From contig OY764159.1 in NCBI GenBank assembly GCA_963668175.1, positions 3,168,001-3,232,000 of the forward strand: DNA of 64,000 bases, written 5' to 3'. Positions 19,709 through 29,620 of this stretch are shown piece by piece. The stretch is from Syntrophales bacterium (GTDB lineage Bacteria; Desulfobacterota; Syntrophia; Syntrophales; PHBD01). A program made the translations under genes and the position numbers. Each line of letters begins with the position of its first letter. Position 1 is the first letter of the stretch. The notes below the pieces were generated by a model. It saw only the letters and a program-made list of their open reading frames with translations. It did no database searches and was not told the DNA's origin.

Positions 19709-20686
19709 CTAGGAACGATCCTCTTTGAAGATGGCCGCCATCTTCTTTTCGTGCCAGCAGTTGAAGGGAATGGTCTTGAAAAAGCCGCAGTGCCCCCCGT
19801 ACTTCTGGATGGCAAGCGTCAGGTTTCTGCTTCTCCCGAGACCGCGGATATCTTCGATAGGAACAACCGGATCGTCCTCGGCGGCAATGATGGTCACCGG
19901 GACATCGAGGTCCCCGAAGACATCGCCCAAGAGCGTATACCGGCTGAAGTAATCCCGGAAATCATCGAACTCGGGATAATAGGCCATGACGGCCTCGGTC
20001 ATCCCCAGGCAGGTCTTCATCCGGAGGACCTCGTCGAATTGGTACCGCTCGGGGAAAAGTTCCTGCTTCGTCCGGAGGGAGCGTTTCCACTTCCACAGGA
20101 AATGATAGCGGTATCCCCTGAATCCGTTGTCGATAGCGACGGTGGCCTTGTACGGGTCCAGCGCCGGGCTTATGGCGACCACGTGTCGCAGGTTGTCTAT
20201 CTTCACATGGGAATGGCGAAGGGCGATGCGCAGCGCGAAGTTCGCCCCCAGGGAAAAACCCGCCAGATAAAAGGGACGGGACGGGGCGATGCCGGCCACG
20301 GCGCGCACGGCGGTGAAGGTTTCGTCAAGGAGGGCGCCGTGAAAAAGCCCGGCGTTCAAGTCGTGGCTCGGACCGTGGTCGCGCAGGTTCAGCCTGAAAA
20401 CGTCGTAACCCCTCCCGTAGAGATACTCGCCCGCCGAGACGACGTAGGCCGAATCGGCGCTGCCTTCCCAACCGTGAATAATGGCCACCGTTCCCGCCGG
20501 CTTGATGTGGCGATGCTTCGAATAGATCCCTAACAGGCGGACGCCGCCTCCGGCCTGGACGATCATCCCCCTGGCCGATTCCTGCATCCCGTTTCCCCGG
20601 AGCTTCCGGAGGCGGGAAGAGGCAAAAATGGTCTGCAGGTGGCGGTTCCGGGACCCGTGCCGGGGTGTCAGGTTTTCTTCCGTCAT
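19709..20686 (-). CDS. Alpha/beta hydrolase (YheT-like)
   Basis: HLQTI, HGWEGS, GFSLG nucleophile, DDPVV, GGHCGF. Confidence 0.92.
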   Translation of the reverse strand: MTEENLTPRHGSRNRHLQTIFASSRLRKLRGNGMQESARGMIVQAGGGVRLLGIYSKHRHIKPAGTVAIIHGWEGSADSAYVVSAGEYLYGRGYDVFRLNLRDHGPSHDLNAGLFHGALLDETFTAVRAVAGIAPSRPFYLAGFSLGANFALRIALRHSHVKIDNLRHVVAISPALDPYKATVAIDNGFRGYRYHFLWKWKRSLRTKQELFPERYQFDEVLRMKTCLGMTEAVMAYYPEFDDFRDYFSRYTLLGDVFGDLDVPVTIIAAEDDPVVPIEDIRGLGRSRNLTLAIQKYGGHCGFFKTIPFNCWHEKKMAAIFKEDRS

Positions 20687-21501
20687 GGCTTCACCGCATA
20701 TCCCAGGTAGGCAATGATTTTATGGCTTCCAACGCGCATATCGAGTTTCTCCGCCAGTTCGCGGTGGCGTATTTCTCCCCTCAGCCGCTTGCGGAGAAAC
20801 CGGAAAAGGGTGACGGGGTTGCCTCCGGGGAACCATCCCCGCAGTTCGGCAAGGTCGAATCCGTTTTCCGCCAGGGCCCGTTTCAACTCCTCCGGTTTGA
20901 TGAACTTCTTCCAGAAGTGAAGGTCGCGCTCCATGAAGGCCGTGTATTTCCATTCCTGGAGAAGCTTTATCATAAAAAGCCAGCTTAGAAAATTGCGATT
21001 TATCGTTTCGAAAAAGAAAAGCCCCCCCGGCCTCAGCACACGGGCGATTTCGGCCGTGACGCGGTAGTAATCGCTCACATGCTCGAGGACGTCGCAGCAT
21101 AAGACCGCATCGAACGATGCCGCGGCGAAGGGGAGCGCTTCACCCGCGCCCTGCAGATAACGGATCGCCAGGGAGGACCGCCGGGCATGCGCCAGGGCCG
21201 TTTCCAGGGATTTGTGGACGGGATCGAGTCCCGTAACGGAGAACCCCTCTTTGGCAAACTCCTCCGCGAGATAGCCGCCGCCGCACCCGATGTCCAGGAT
21301 TTCCCGGAAAGCCTGCGGCCTTCCGCCATATCGGCCGATGATGCCGCGATAATAGCGGAAGCGGGGCCGATTCACGCCGTAGCGCAGGGACGAGAGGGAA
21401 CCGGCTTCGTCATCGTCCCACCAGGCATCGCCGATGCGTTCGAAGACGTCGTTTTCGGATGGAGAAGGGCGGAGAGCCATATCACCCGGGAAACCGCGCA
21501 T
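20683..21501 (-). CDS. ubiG: UbiG-like SAM-dependent O-methyltransferase
   Basis: WWD, N.PR, LDIGCGGG, DVLEHV, ETINR, FIKPEEL. Confidence 0.8.
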   Translation of the reverse strand: MRGFPGDMALRPSPSENDVFERIGDAWWDDDEAGSLSSLRYGVNRPRFRYYRGIIGRYGGRPQAFREILDIGCGGGYLAEEFAKEGFSVTGLDPVHKSLETALAHARRSSLAIRYLQGAGEALPFAAASFDAVLCCDVLEHVSDYYRVTAEIARVLRPGGLFFFETINRNFLSWLFMIKLLQEWKYTAFMERDLHFWKKFIKPEELKRALAENGFDLAELRGWFPGGNPVTLFRFLRKRLRGEIRHRELAEKLDMRVGSHKIIAYLGYAVKP

Positions 21502-22045
21502 TAAGCAGGCTTGAGCCGTATACGCCCAGAAAAACTCCTGACAGGAGCCCCAAACCGCTGAAGCCGATCATGGCCGCGATATAAACGAGTCCCTCCGGCT
21601 CACGCGCTGCTTGCGTGAGAAACAGGAGGGCCAGCGAAGCACCGAAAAAGACTACCCCGAGCACGATCTTTTTCTTCAGAATCGGCGTCGTGTACCTCCG
21701 GAAGCGGATTTTGCCGTCGAGCAGTCCCGACAGAATGGCGGCAGCAAGCGTAAAGGGGAGGCAAAAAGCCATTACCCTGATCGTCGTGAAGAGGTCCCCC
21801 CGGAGCGTCCAGGGAACGAGGGGAAGACAGAGGGAGAAAAGGAACAGAAGCGCGCCGAGAGCCTGGGGAATATGGACGACGATCGGGTGGAGATGCCTGT
21901 CCAGAATCCATTTTCTCTTTTCCGAGATGTTGTCGGTGAATGCCTCGAACATCTTGCTCGGCACCCCGCAAGCAGGGCAGACGTCTTCGACTTTGTCGGC
22001 CTCCATAATAAAACCGCAGGCCTTACAGCGAACGAGGGATTTCAT
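21482..22045 (-). CDS. Rubredoxin-like domain fused to membrane domain
   Basis: CKACG...CPACG, then HPIVVHIP and about 4 TM helices. Confidence 0.85.
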   Translation of the reverse strand: MKSLVRCKACGFIMEADKVEDVCPACGVPSKMFEAFTDNISEKRKWILDRHLHPIVVHIPQALGALLFLFSLCLPLVPWTLRGDLFTTIRVMAFCLPFTLAAAILSGLLDGKIRFRRYTTPILKKKIVLGVVFFGASLALLFLTQAAREPEGLVYIAAMIGFSGLGLLSGVFLGVYGSSLLNARFPG

Positions 22046-22071
22046 AGTTCCTCCATAAATATAAAGGTTGT

Positions 22072-22941
22072 TTACTTCATGTTCATCACATAAAACAAGG
22101 CAAAAAAGATATTAAGACAGGTGGACGAGACGAGATTGAGCTTCATGGTCGAGCGGTAATTGGCCCGCGCTTCATTCCTTAATACCTTGAAAAACCAGAC
22201 ATTGAAATAGACGAGGACCGGTGCCTGGACGGCAAGGAAAAGCAGAGCGAACATCATCCGGAAATGGGTATGGTAGTAAAGGGCGAAACCGCCCATCACC
22301 ATCACGAAGAAGATGGCCGAAAAGGCGAAGGTGCCCCGGATGCCGAGAAGGATGCTCAGCGTGATATCCCCCCTGCGGCGGTCTTCTTCATGCTGATAGA
22401 CCTGGGTCATGGGATAGGCCGCCATAAGAAACGCCGAGGAGAGCAAGGCCGGAATCAGAACGCCTTTCCCGGCAAGATCGCCGACGGTCACATCGTTGAC
22501 GGCATAATAGCTTATGAGGAAGACGAACGCCCCCTGAAACGCAACGACCCCGATCCAACTTACGACAGGCAACTTCTTGATACGGATCTTCGTATAACTG
22601 TATGCCTTCGACCCTAAACCGAACACGAAGACGGCCAGGGCGACCCGCCAGTCGATGCACAGACCGAGCATGACGGCAAAGGAATCGAAGGCCAGCGACG
22701 CCCATAGCAGTTCGTCGCTTACGGGCGGCGGGTGTTCGATGCCGCCGATGCTGCCCGTATCGCGGTCGTAGTAGGAATTGAAGCCGTTGGTCGCCGGAAA
22801 GAGAAAAAGGTGGAGGATGACGAACATCAGCCAGACGCGCCACCAATCGGGACTGCTGCTCAAGCTGACGGCGAAAAAGAAGATCGGAGACAGATAGTAG
22901 GAGAAAGGGATTCGGAGATGAATCAGCGTCGATCTTTTCAT
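22072..22941 (-). CDS. UbiA family prenyltransferase
   Basis: Multi-TM; NSYYDRD and YQHEEDRRRGD acidic motifs. Confidence 0.87.
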   Translation of the reverse strand: MKRSTLIHLRIPFSYYLSPIFFFAVSLSSSPDWWRVWLMFVILHLFLFPATNGFNSYYDRDTGSIGGIEHPPPVSDELLWASLAFDSFAVMLGLCIDWRVALAVFVFGLGSKAYSYTKIRIKKLPVVSWIGVVAFQGAFVFLISYYAVNDVTVGDLAGKGVLIPALLSSAFLMAAYPMTQVYQHEEDRRRGDITLSILLGIRGTFAFSAIFFVMVMGGFALYYHTHFRMMFALLFLAVQAPVLVYFNVWFFKVLRNEARANYRSTMKLNLVSSTCLNIFFALFYVMNMK

Positions 22942-23075
22942 CGGCTTATCTTCTTACCTGCAATGTATTGACGGCCGTGAACCTCGCCCGGAAGACGGCT
23001 TCAGATTACACTGTTTTATTTTAACCGTATTTTGATATAGATGCAAGAAGGGTGATTTCTTTATCCGGAGTTTTC

Positions 23076-23750
23076 ATGATCCAGGACTATTTTGACTGCG
23101 ACGAAGTCGATCCCCGGGGCATGGACGTCCTTTGGGCTCTCGGTTTCCGGCATTTCGGCACGACCTTCTTCCGCTACGAACTTCAGCGGCATCGGGGTGA
23201 GATCGTTCATGTCCTGCCGCTCAGGATCGACCTCGGTTGCTTCCGGCCTTCGGGCAGCCAGAAAAGGGTCTTGCGGAGGAACAGGGACCTCGATGTCGTT
23301 TTTCGGGAGGCGTCCGTCGACGAAGAAAAGGAGAGGCTCTTTTCGATCCACAAGGAAAGGTTCAAAGAGAACGTACCCGAATCGATTTACAGCTTCATGT
23401 CGCAACGGCCCGCGCAGGTCCCCTGCCCTGCCCTTGAGTGCTGCCTGTTCCGGGAGAACACCCTCCTGGGCACCGGTTATTTCGACATCGGGGAAACAGC
23501 CGTCTCCAGTATCTACACCTTTTTCGATCCGGCCAAGGACTTGAGCCGGCGCAGTCTGGGCATTTACGTGCTCCTTCAGCAGATTGCGTATGCCCGGGAT
23601 GCCGGCAAGGCCTATCTCTATCACGGTTACGCCTTCCGGGAACCATCCTTTTACGATTACAAGAAGCTTTTCTCCGGACTGGAATATTTCGACTGGACCG
23701 GCAAGTGGCGGCCATGGGAAGAGTTGACGCTCACCGGTACGGGAAGATAA
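23076..23750 (+). CDS. Arginyl/leucyl-tRNA-protein transferase (ATE/Bpt family)
   Basis: GFRHFG, SQKRVLRRN, SSIYTFFDP, SLG, YLYHGY, YDYK. Confidence 0.88.
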   Translation: MIQDYFDCDEVDPRGMDVLWALGFRHFGTTFFRYELQRHRGEIVHVLPLRIDLGCFRPSGSQKRVLRRNRDLDVVFREASVDEEKERLFSIHKERFKENVPESIYSFMSQRPAQVPCPALECCLFRENTLLGTGYFDIGETAVSSIYTFFDPAKDLSRRSLGIYVLLQQIAYARDAGKAYLYHGYAFREPSFYDYKKLFSGLEYFDWTGKWRPWEELTLTGTGR

Positions 23751-23835
23751 GGATGCGGACCGTTCATTTTGAGGCATCTTGGCCGGGCCGAAGGAAGGAT
23801 CGGGGCGGTATCCCGCCGGCGAACGGCCCTGTCCG

Positions 23836-24861
23836 TCACGCGTCCGTTTTCAGCTTCTCCGCTTCCGGACACGCCGGTTTGTACTGATAAAGGCAGGCTT
23901 TCTCGAAATCGACCCGGGCCTGGGAACGGCTTCCTTTCTGCATATAACACCGGCCCCGCTGGTAGTAGGACCACCCGTAGTCGCCGCGCAGGCGGATCGA
24001 TTGGGAAAAATCGGCAATGGCGTCGTCGTACCTGCCGTTTTTATAATGAAGCCATCCCAGCCAGTTGAAGGCGCCGGCATGTCCCGGCACGATCTCGACG
24101 ACCTTCAGGAAATCGGCGGCGGCATTGCCGTCCTTATTCATCCTGGCATTGGCGATACCCCGCCAGTAATAGCCCTGGTAGACGGAAGGGTCGTCCTGGA
24201 TGGCCCGGCTGTATTCCGCCGCTGCTTTTGGAAAATCATTCGTTTTGAAAAAGGCATGTCCCCGGGCCAGGCTTTCCCTGTAGCCGGCCGCCGGCGAATC
24301 CGTTCCCGCACCGGCCCCCCGGCCCTCCGGCGCTCTCTTATCCGTCGAAAGCGGACGGATGACGCCGCCTGAATCCTGATACTGCGCCGAAGCCACCCGC
24401 CAGGGTCCCTGGCTCTTTGCCAGGACAAGGAAGACCTTTACGGAACCGCCGGAGCCTTCAACGTTGAAGGCGATGTTGGCCCTGGCCTCGCGTCCGCCGA
24501 TATCGAAACTGAACGGATACGTGGGCGTGACATCCTTGACCTGTCCCACGGCGGTCTGGATTTCGGAATTCCTGCGGATAAAGTCCTCGGATACCCTGAT
24601 CGGTTCGGATTCGGCGACGATCGTATAGAGAAAATACCCGGCGAGAATCACCGCGCCGACGACGAGGATGGGAACCATTCCGAAACCTCTGCCGCCCGGC
24701 GTTATGGGATTGTTTGCCGGCACCGTCTTGTCCTGCGGTTCCCTGGTTTCCTGCCGGGATTTGATCAGGTCGGCGAGACCCCGGCCTTTCTCCTGCCTAG
24801 CGGCCTCTTCCTTCATCATGGTCCACAGCTTGAATGGCATGGGATCAGTCCCCCTTTCCAT
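23836..24861 (-). CDS. Membrane-anchored tetratricopeptide repeat protein
   Basis: One TM segment, then C-terminal TPRs (YYWRG, FNWLG, YYQRG). Confidence 0.85.
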   Translation of the reverse strand: MERGTDPMPFKLWTMMKEEAARQEKGRGLADLIKSRQETREPQDKTVPANNPITPGGRGFGMVPILVVGAVILAGYFLYTIVAESEPIRVSEDFIRRNSEIQTAVGQVKDVTPTYPFSFDIGGREARANIAFNVEGSGGSVKVFLVLAKSQGPWRVASAQYQDSGGVIRPLSTDKRAPEGRGAGAGTDSPAAGYRESLARGHAFFKTNDFPKAAAEYSRAIQDDPSVYQGYYWRGIANARMNKDGNAAADFLKVVEIVPGHAGAFNWLGWLHYKNGRYDDAIADFSQSIRLRGDYGWSYYQRGRCYMQKGSRSQARVDFEKACLYQYKPACPEAEKLKTDA

Positions 24862-25126
24862 CCTTCAGGGCCAGATAATGCTGGCGGGTTTTCTCCAGAA
24901 GCACGACGAAATATTCGAAATCGGACCTGGCCGTTTGATACTGCCGGGGTGAAACGACTTCCCTGAAATCATCATAGAACATATCGACCAATTGCTCAAA
25001 TTGTTTCTGGACGGCAAGAACCGCTTCGGCATCCGTTCCCACCAGGCCGTCCTGAACGTAAAGGGCCGAAAGCTTCAGGTGATCGAGCTTCTCGATCATC
25101 TCATCCATGTGTTGTTCATCCTTCAT
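24845..25126 (-). CDS. Hypothetical protein
   Basis: Helical ORF packed between the pflX-like and TPR genes. Confidence 0.65.
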   Translation of the reverse strand: MKDEQHMDEMIEKLDHLKLSALYVQDGLVGTDAEAVLAVQKQFEQLVDMFYDDFREVVSPRQYQTARSDFEYFVVLLEKTRQHYLALKDGKGD

Positions 25127-25133
25127 CCTGATA

Positions 25134-26039
25134 TCACTCCTTGTCCAGACGATGCAGTCCCGCATTCAGGGCCGCCCTGCAGGCCGCCGACCACTCCGAC
25201 GGGGCAACCCTCCTCCCTATCTTCGCATCCTTTACGGCCGTACCGCAGGGCCGGTACTGCTCCATCATATTGATATACGTATCCGGGGAGAGATCGGCAA
25301 GAAACGCCGCAATCTCCTCCGCATCGGCCACTCGCCCGGGCATCACCAGATGACGGACCAAAAGCCCCCGTTCCGCAACGCCCTCCATATCGACCCGCAA
25401 ATCCCCCACCTGGCGGTGCATCTCCCTGACGGCTGCGACAGCCCGACGGCGATAGTCCGCGGCCCGGCAATAGGCCTCCCCGCCGTCGGGATACCAGAAC
25501 TTGAAATCGGGCATATAGATATCGACGATTCCCTCCAGGAGCCTGATCGTTTCGGGCTTTTCGTAGCCCCCGCAGTTGTAAACCAGGGGAATGCTGAGCC
25601 CCGCTTCGATCGCGGCGGGCAGGCTCTCCAGGATCTGGGCGGCGACGTGGGTCGGGGTGACGAAATTGATGTTATGGCACCCCCGCTGTTGCAAGCCGAG
25701 CATCATCCGCGCCAGGTCCTCCGGTCCGGTTTCTGCACCGTCCCCAAGATGGCTGATCTCGTAATTCTGGCAGAACGTACAAAAGAGGTTGCAGTAACTG
25801 AAAAAGATCGTGCCGGAACCGCCGGTCCCGACAAGGGGTCTTTCCTCGCCGAAATGGGCATGGATACTGGCTACCCGCGCTTTGCGGCCCGTCCTGCATA
25901 TGCCTCTTTCATCCGCTAGCCTGTCCACGCGGCATTCCCGCGGACAGAGGTCGCAGTCCCGCAATCTTTCGAGGGCCAGACCGATCTTCTCCTTCAATCT
26001 TCCTTCCCGGTGCGAACGGATATAGGACGGTTCGTTCAT
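25134..26039 (-). CDS. pflX: Radical SAM protein, PflX family
   Basis: CDLCPREC, HFGEE, CNLFCTFCQN, YMPDFKF, VRHLVMP. Confidence 0.9.
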   Translation of the reverse strand: MNEPSYIRSHREGRLKEKIGLALERLRDCDLCPRECRVDRLADERGICRTGRKARVASIHAHFGEERPLVGTGGSGTIFFSYCNLFCTFCQNYEISHLGDGAETGPEDLARMMLGLQQRGCHNINFVTPTHVAAQILESLPAAIEAGLSIPLVYNCGGYEKPETIRLLEGIVDIYMPDFKFWYPDGGEAYCRAADYRRRAVAAVREMHRQVGDLRVDMEGVAERGLLVRHLVMPGRVADAEEIAAFLADLSPDTYINMMEQYRPCGTAVKDAKIGRRVAPSEWSAACRAALNAGLHRLDKE

Positions 26040-26437
26040 CTTGACAACCTTCACGCGTTCACGGTCTAATCGATTCGGTCACGGGCCGCACGCAACCATC
26101 TTTTTATCCTTAGATATCACAAACGATCCCATGAAGGGAATATGCATTAGATGGAAACCCATACCGTCTTTTTACGGATATGGGACAGATCCGGCAGCGG
26201 TTCCGTTCAGGTTGGAGGATCGAATCCTGCAAGGGTCATCAAGGCGTTTGCGGCCGCCGCTTCGGAAAGGCCGTCTGCTGCGACGGAGCATCCGGCAGGG
26301 CATGCTCATGCAGATGACGGCGCGTGGCGCCTCCCCCGGAACCTGCGCCGCGCATGGCCGGAAAAGAATCCTTGCTTTTTCCGGTCCGATTGCATAAAGA
26401 TACCTGAATCCCTATACATGAAATTTACGGAATAACC

Positions 26438-26764
26438 ATGGCCCCGTTTCCGAAAACAGCGGCTAAGATCATTACCGTACTTGGCCTGTTCGCCTTTCTC
26501 GTCGTCGCGACGATGGACCCTGTCGACGATTTTACCAGCCTGTTCAATACGTCTGTCGCGACCTGTCTTGTCAATCAAGCCGGCGACGATGACGGCCATT
26601 ACCCGAAGGTTAAGAGTCCCAATGCCGACTATGCGTCATCAGCCGAAGCGGATGTCCTCGGCTATATGCCCCCCGCCCCTCTTCATAACGACCCGATTCT
26701 GAACAATCATCCTCAATATTTCGTCGCTTCCGGCACCGGCCGGGCACCGCCAACAAAATCCTGA
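26438..26764 (+). CDS. Small exported/membrane protein ending in RAPP motif
   Basis: N-terminal hydrophobic segment; C-terminal GRAPPTKS*. Confidence 0.6.
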   Translation: MAPFPKTAAKIITVLGLFAFLVVATMDPVDDFTSLFNTSVATCLVNQAGDDDGHYPKVKSPNADYASSAEADVLGYMPPAPLHNDPILNNHPQYFVASGTGRAPPTKS

Positions 26765-27158
26765 CAAACCGTCTGTCCCATGTATATCGGGGCAACATCC
26801 GGAACAGCCTCTGCGGACAGGCATATTCAGGTCTGTCGGATCATCCTGCCGCGGAGATTTGGATTATGCAGGAGGTTCCTGCTTCCCTCCTCCTCTGGCA
26901 AGTCTCCGCGGCTCTTTATCTCCAGGTTACAGAGAATAACCATGACGTCAGGCCCGAGTGCCGATCTCGGCGCGTTCCGCTTCCGCCCGCGACGAGATAA
27001 AGGGTACGGGTTGTCCATCTTGTACGGCAGCGGGCTGATCCTTCTGCGAGCAGCTGCGATCACATAAATCGCCACCTAAAAAGTCCAAATCTTTATTTTT
27101 ACTCAGAAATATTAAAAAACGCAATAAGCGGCAACGGTCGCACATTGGTATTGTTCGC

Positions 27159-27174
27159 TGGCACATTATCTGCA
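27159..27174 (+). promoter_or_regulatory. Sigma54 promoter
   Basis: TGGCACATTATCTGCA, GG-N10-GC. Confidence 0.6.
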
Positions 27175-27258
27175 TACTTTCTTACAGCGGCTTCACATCG
27201 CGACGCGCCGCAGAGAAAAATAATTATAATACATAATAACTTGCATTACTGTAAATTT

Positions 27259-27795
27259 ATGACGGCAAAGGACACATTCGTAGAATTAATCAGGAGGGAG
27301 ATGATCAACCGGGGATGGGTGAGTTCCAGCGGCCGGCTGATCAACAAGAAACTGGCCGACACGTCAGGGGTGAACGCCGGGACGGTTTCCCGGTTCCTCA
27401 ACAACAAATCGGTCAATATGAAGCTGGACAACCTCTATCAGATGCTTACGGCTCTGGACTTAATCAAGTTCCCGGGCAACACGTCCGGACCGGACGGCAC
27501 CGATGCCGCAAAGCAAGATGCGAACGCCGCGTCCGCAGAAAATCACCGATTCGACAAAGAGACGCAGGAAATGATCGACGACCTGATGACGGTTGTCCGG
27601 CATGGCAATACGGACATGAAGAATGCCGTCCGCATGGGGATCAAGGGTGTGATCGCCGCCATCGAGAAGGAAGCCGCCGCCAATAAGCAGGAACAGCTGA
27701 TCAGACAATTACAGGAGAATTATCGCTCCATCCTCGAAAGGCTCGACCACTTGTCAGACCCATCCGCCGCCAAATCTCACCGGCGCGGGGAATAA
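27259..27795 (+). CDS. XRE-family HTH protein with C-terminal coiled coil
   Basis: KKLADTSGVNAGTVSRFLN HTH. Confidence 0.8.
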   Translation: MTAKDTFVELIRREMINRGWVSSSGRLINKKLADTSGVNAGTVSRFLNNKSVNMKLDNLYQMLTALDLIKFPGNTSGPDGTDAAKQDANAASAENHRFDKETQEMIDDLMTVVRHGNTDMKNAVRMGIKGVIAAIEKEAAANKQEQLIRQLQENYRSILERLDHLSDPSAAKSHRRGE

Positions 27796-28142
27796 CACGT
27801 AACGGCACCATACCTGCCCCGGCCCGATTTTCCCCTCCGGACATTCAGCCAGACAATCATGCAGATTTCCTGAATATCATGCTTCACAGGAAACAACGGT
27901 CTCCCTGGAAGTTCCCCCTTTCTCCATTTCCGGCGGAATATGGACGGGACCTCCTATCGCTGAAATAGGCTTGCGCCGTCCGTGTTAAACGTATAGAAGA
28001 GGACTTATTCACAGAACCAATCCGGACCTTTCGACGGAAACCGTGAAAACGTGCGACATACCTCCATGAGACAGAGACGCCGACCGAGTCCGTTTTTCCG
28101 GACAACGAAAGGCAAGCTTTCTACCATAGACCGGGATGTGCT

Positions 28143-28892
28143 ATGGCATTCGATCCAACCGGCGGGTTGATTTATCACTGGCGGGCCGCCCGCTTCGCAA
28201 AGACGCTCTGGAATCCTTTTCGAGCGGCCCTGGAAACATGGCTCTCAAACTGGACGCCGCCGGAAAGGAAACTCATCGTCGTCGGAGCCGGCGGCGGCTA
28301 CATGCTGCCGCCGGCGTTTTTAAGCCGGTTTGACGCCGTCCTTGCCGTGGATATCGACCCCGTCGCCCGCCTGATATTCCGGAGACGTTTCCGCTCCATT
28401 GGAATTTCCATACAGTGCGACGGAAGGGATTATTTCCGATTCCCCGGGACATCGGCCGCGCCCTTCCAGGATCTTTTGAGAAGGGAGCCGGTAGCTGCCG
28501 TCCTGTTTTCGAACATCTGGGGACAAGTCGGCTTTCTTGCAGAGAATGACATCGAGAGAGATGCCATGTTCCGATTTTGGGAACAGGAACTCCCCCGCCT
28601 TCTCGCCGGGCGCAGTTGGGCCAGCTACCATGACCGCTATTCCGGACCGGGCGAGACAGCGGAAGATCGTCCGTTTGTCTCCGGCCGGAGACTTGCCGGC
28701 GAGGCATTGATTTTAAGATTCTGCAACGCCGGTACCGCGGGCGTCTGGACCGATCACCTCGCCGGGCGGCTCTTTCCGGAAGCGGCGACTTACGCCTATT
28801 TCCTCTGGCGGCTCACGCCCCGTTCCGTCCACATCATCGAGGGGGTGAACCGTCCCTGCGCCCGGCACGATATCTTCAGGGAAACCCTCTGA
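28143..28892 (+). CDS. Hypothetical protein (degenerate Rossmann/methyltransferase-like)
   Basis: LIVVGAGGG, LAVDIDP. Confidence 0.7.
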   Translation: MAFDPTGGLIYHWRAARFAKTLWNPFRAALETWLSNWTPPERKLIVVGAGGGYMLPPAFLSRFDAVLAVDIDPVARLIFRRRFRSIGISIQCDGRDYFRFPGTSAAPFQDLLRREPVAAVLFSNIWGQVGFLAENDIERDAMFRFWEQELPRLLAGRSWASYHDRYSGPGETAEDRPFVSGRRLAGEALILRFCNAGTAGVWTDHLAGRLFPEAATYAYFLWRLTPRSVHIIEGVNRPCARHDIFRETL

Positions 28893-29088
28893 TTCGATAC
28901 GGATCGTCTCCCTCCAGTCATGTACTGCGAAAGAAAACCCCGCGCAGTTCCCCGCGAAAAGCCGTGTCCAATCGTAAATGCAAAATCCGCATGCAAATCA
29001 ACGCGTGAAGCATCGCGATATCCACGGCGAAGGGCCCCGGATCCGCTACAGCCTAAAAAAACGGACACGGCCGGATACCATAATTTCG

Positions 29089-29117
29089 TTGACACCAAAT
29101 ACCGATCGTCTTATAAA
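29089..29117 (+). promoter_or_regulatory. Sigma70-type promoter
   Basis: TTGACA-N17-TATAAA. Confidence 0.6.
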
Positions 29118-29181
29118 TTATACAATTGGGAATAATTTATTTCCGTTCATGGACCCCTAACACGCGCAGGAGGCTGCCATC

Positions 29182-29553
29182 ATGAAGAACATGTCGCCGA
29201 AAATGAAGAAGGAAGTGTTGAAGGATCTGGAAATGTACTTTGGGAAACCCCCTTACGACAGCGAGTATGTCCGGCATCATTTGACCTCGGGACTTTTCGA
29301 GGAACAAGCCCTGATGAAGTACGGTTATACGCCCATCGAACTCATGAAAGGCCTTGAGCAGGTTCAGTTGAGCAAAAAACAGAAAGCGGAAGCCCTGAAG
29401 GACCTGAAGATGTACTTCGGCGAACCGCCTATCAAGAGAACAGCCCTGGACAAACGGTTGACCTCCGGTCTCCTGGAGGTGCAGATTCTGGCCAAATATC
29501 TCATGACGGTGAAAGAATTGATGAAAGAAGTGGGCTATAAGATCGCCGACTGA
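29182..29553 (+). CDS. Hypothetical protein composed of two internal repeats
   Basis: LKDL.MYFG.PP...LTSGL.E....KY..T..ELMK twice; RBS AGGAGG; own promoter and terminator. Confidence 0.85.
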   Translation: MKNMSPKMKKEVLKDLEMYFGKPPYDSEYVRHHLTSGLFEEQALMKYGYTPIELMKGLEQVQLSKKQKAEALKDLKMYFGEPPIKRTALDKRLTSGLLEVQILAKYLMTVKELMKEVGYKIAD

Positions 29554-29585
29554 AGATTCGCCGAACCTTTCTCCGCGCATTCATA

Positions 29586-29620
29586 AAAAGAGGCCGCTGG
29601 CACCCCGGCTGGCCTCTTTT
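29586..29620. terminator. Bidirectional rho-independent terminator
   Basis: AAAAGAGGCC...GGCCTCTTTT between convergent genes. Confidence 0.75.

Noticed and set aside
26827..27075. Possible Cro-like gene divergent from the XRE regulator
   Set aside because: No HTH pattern; cannot support it as a gene
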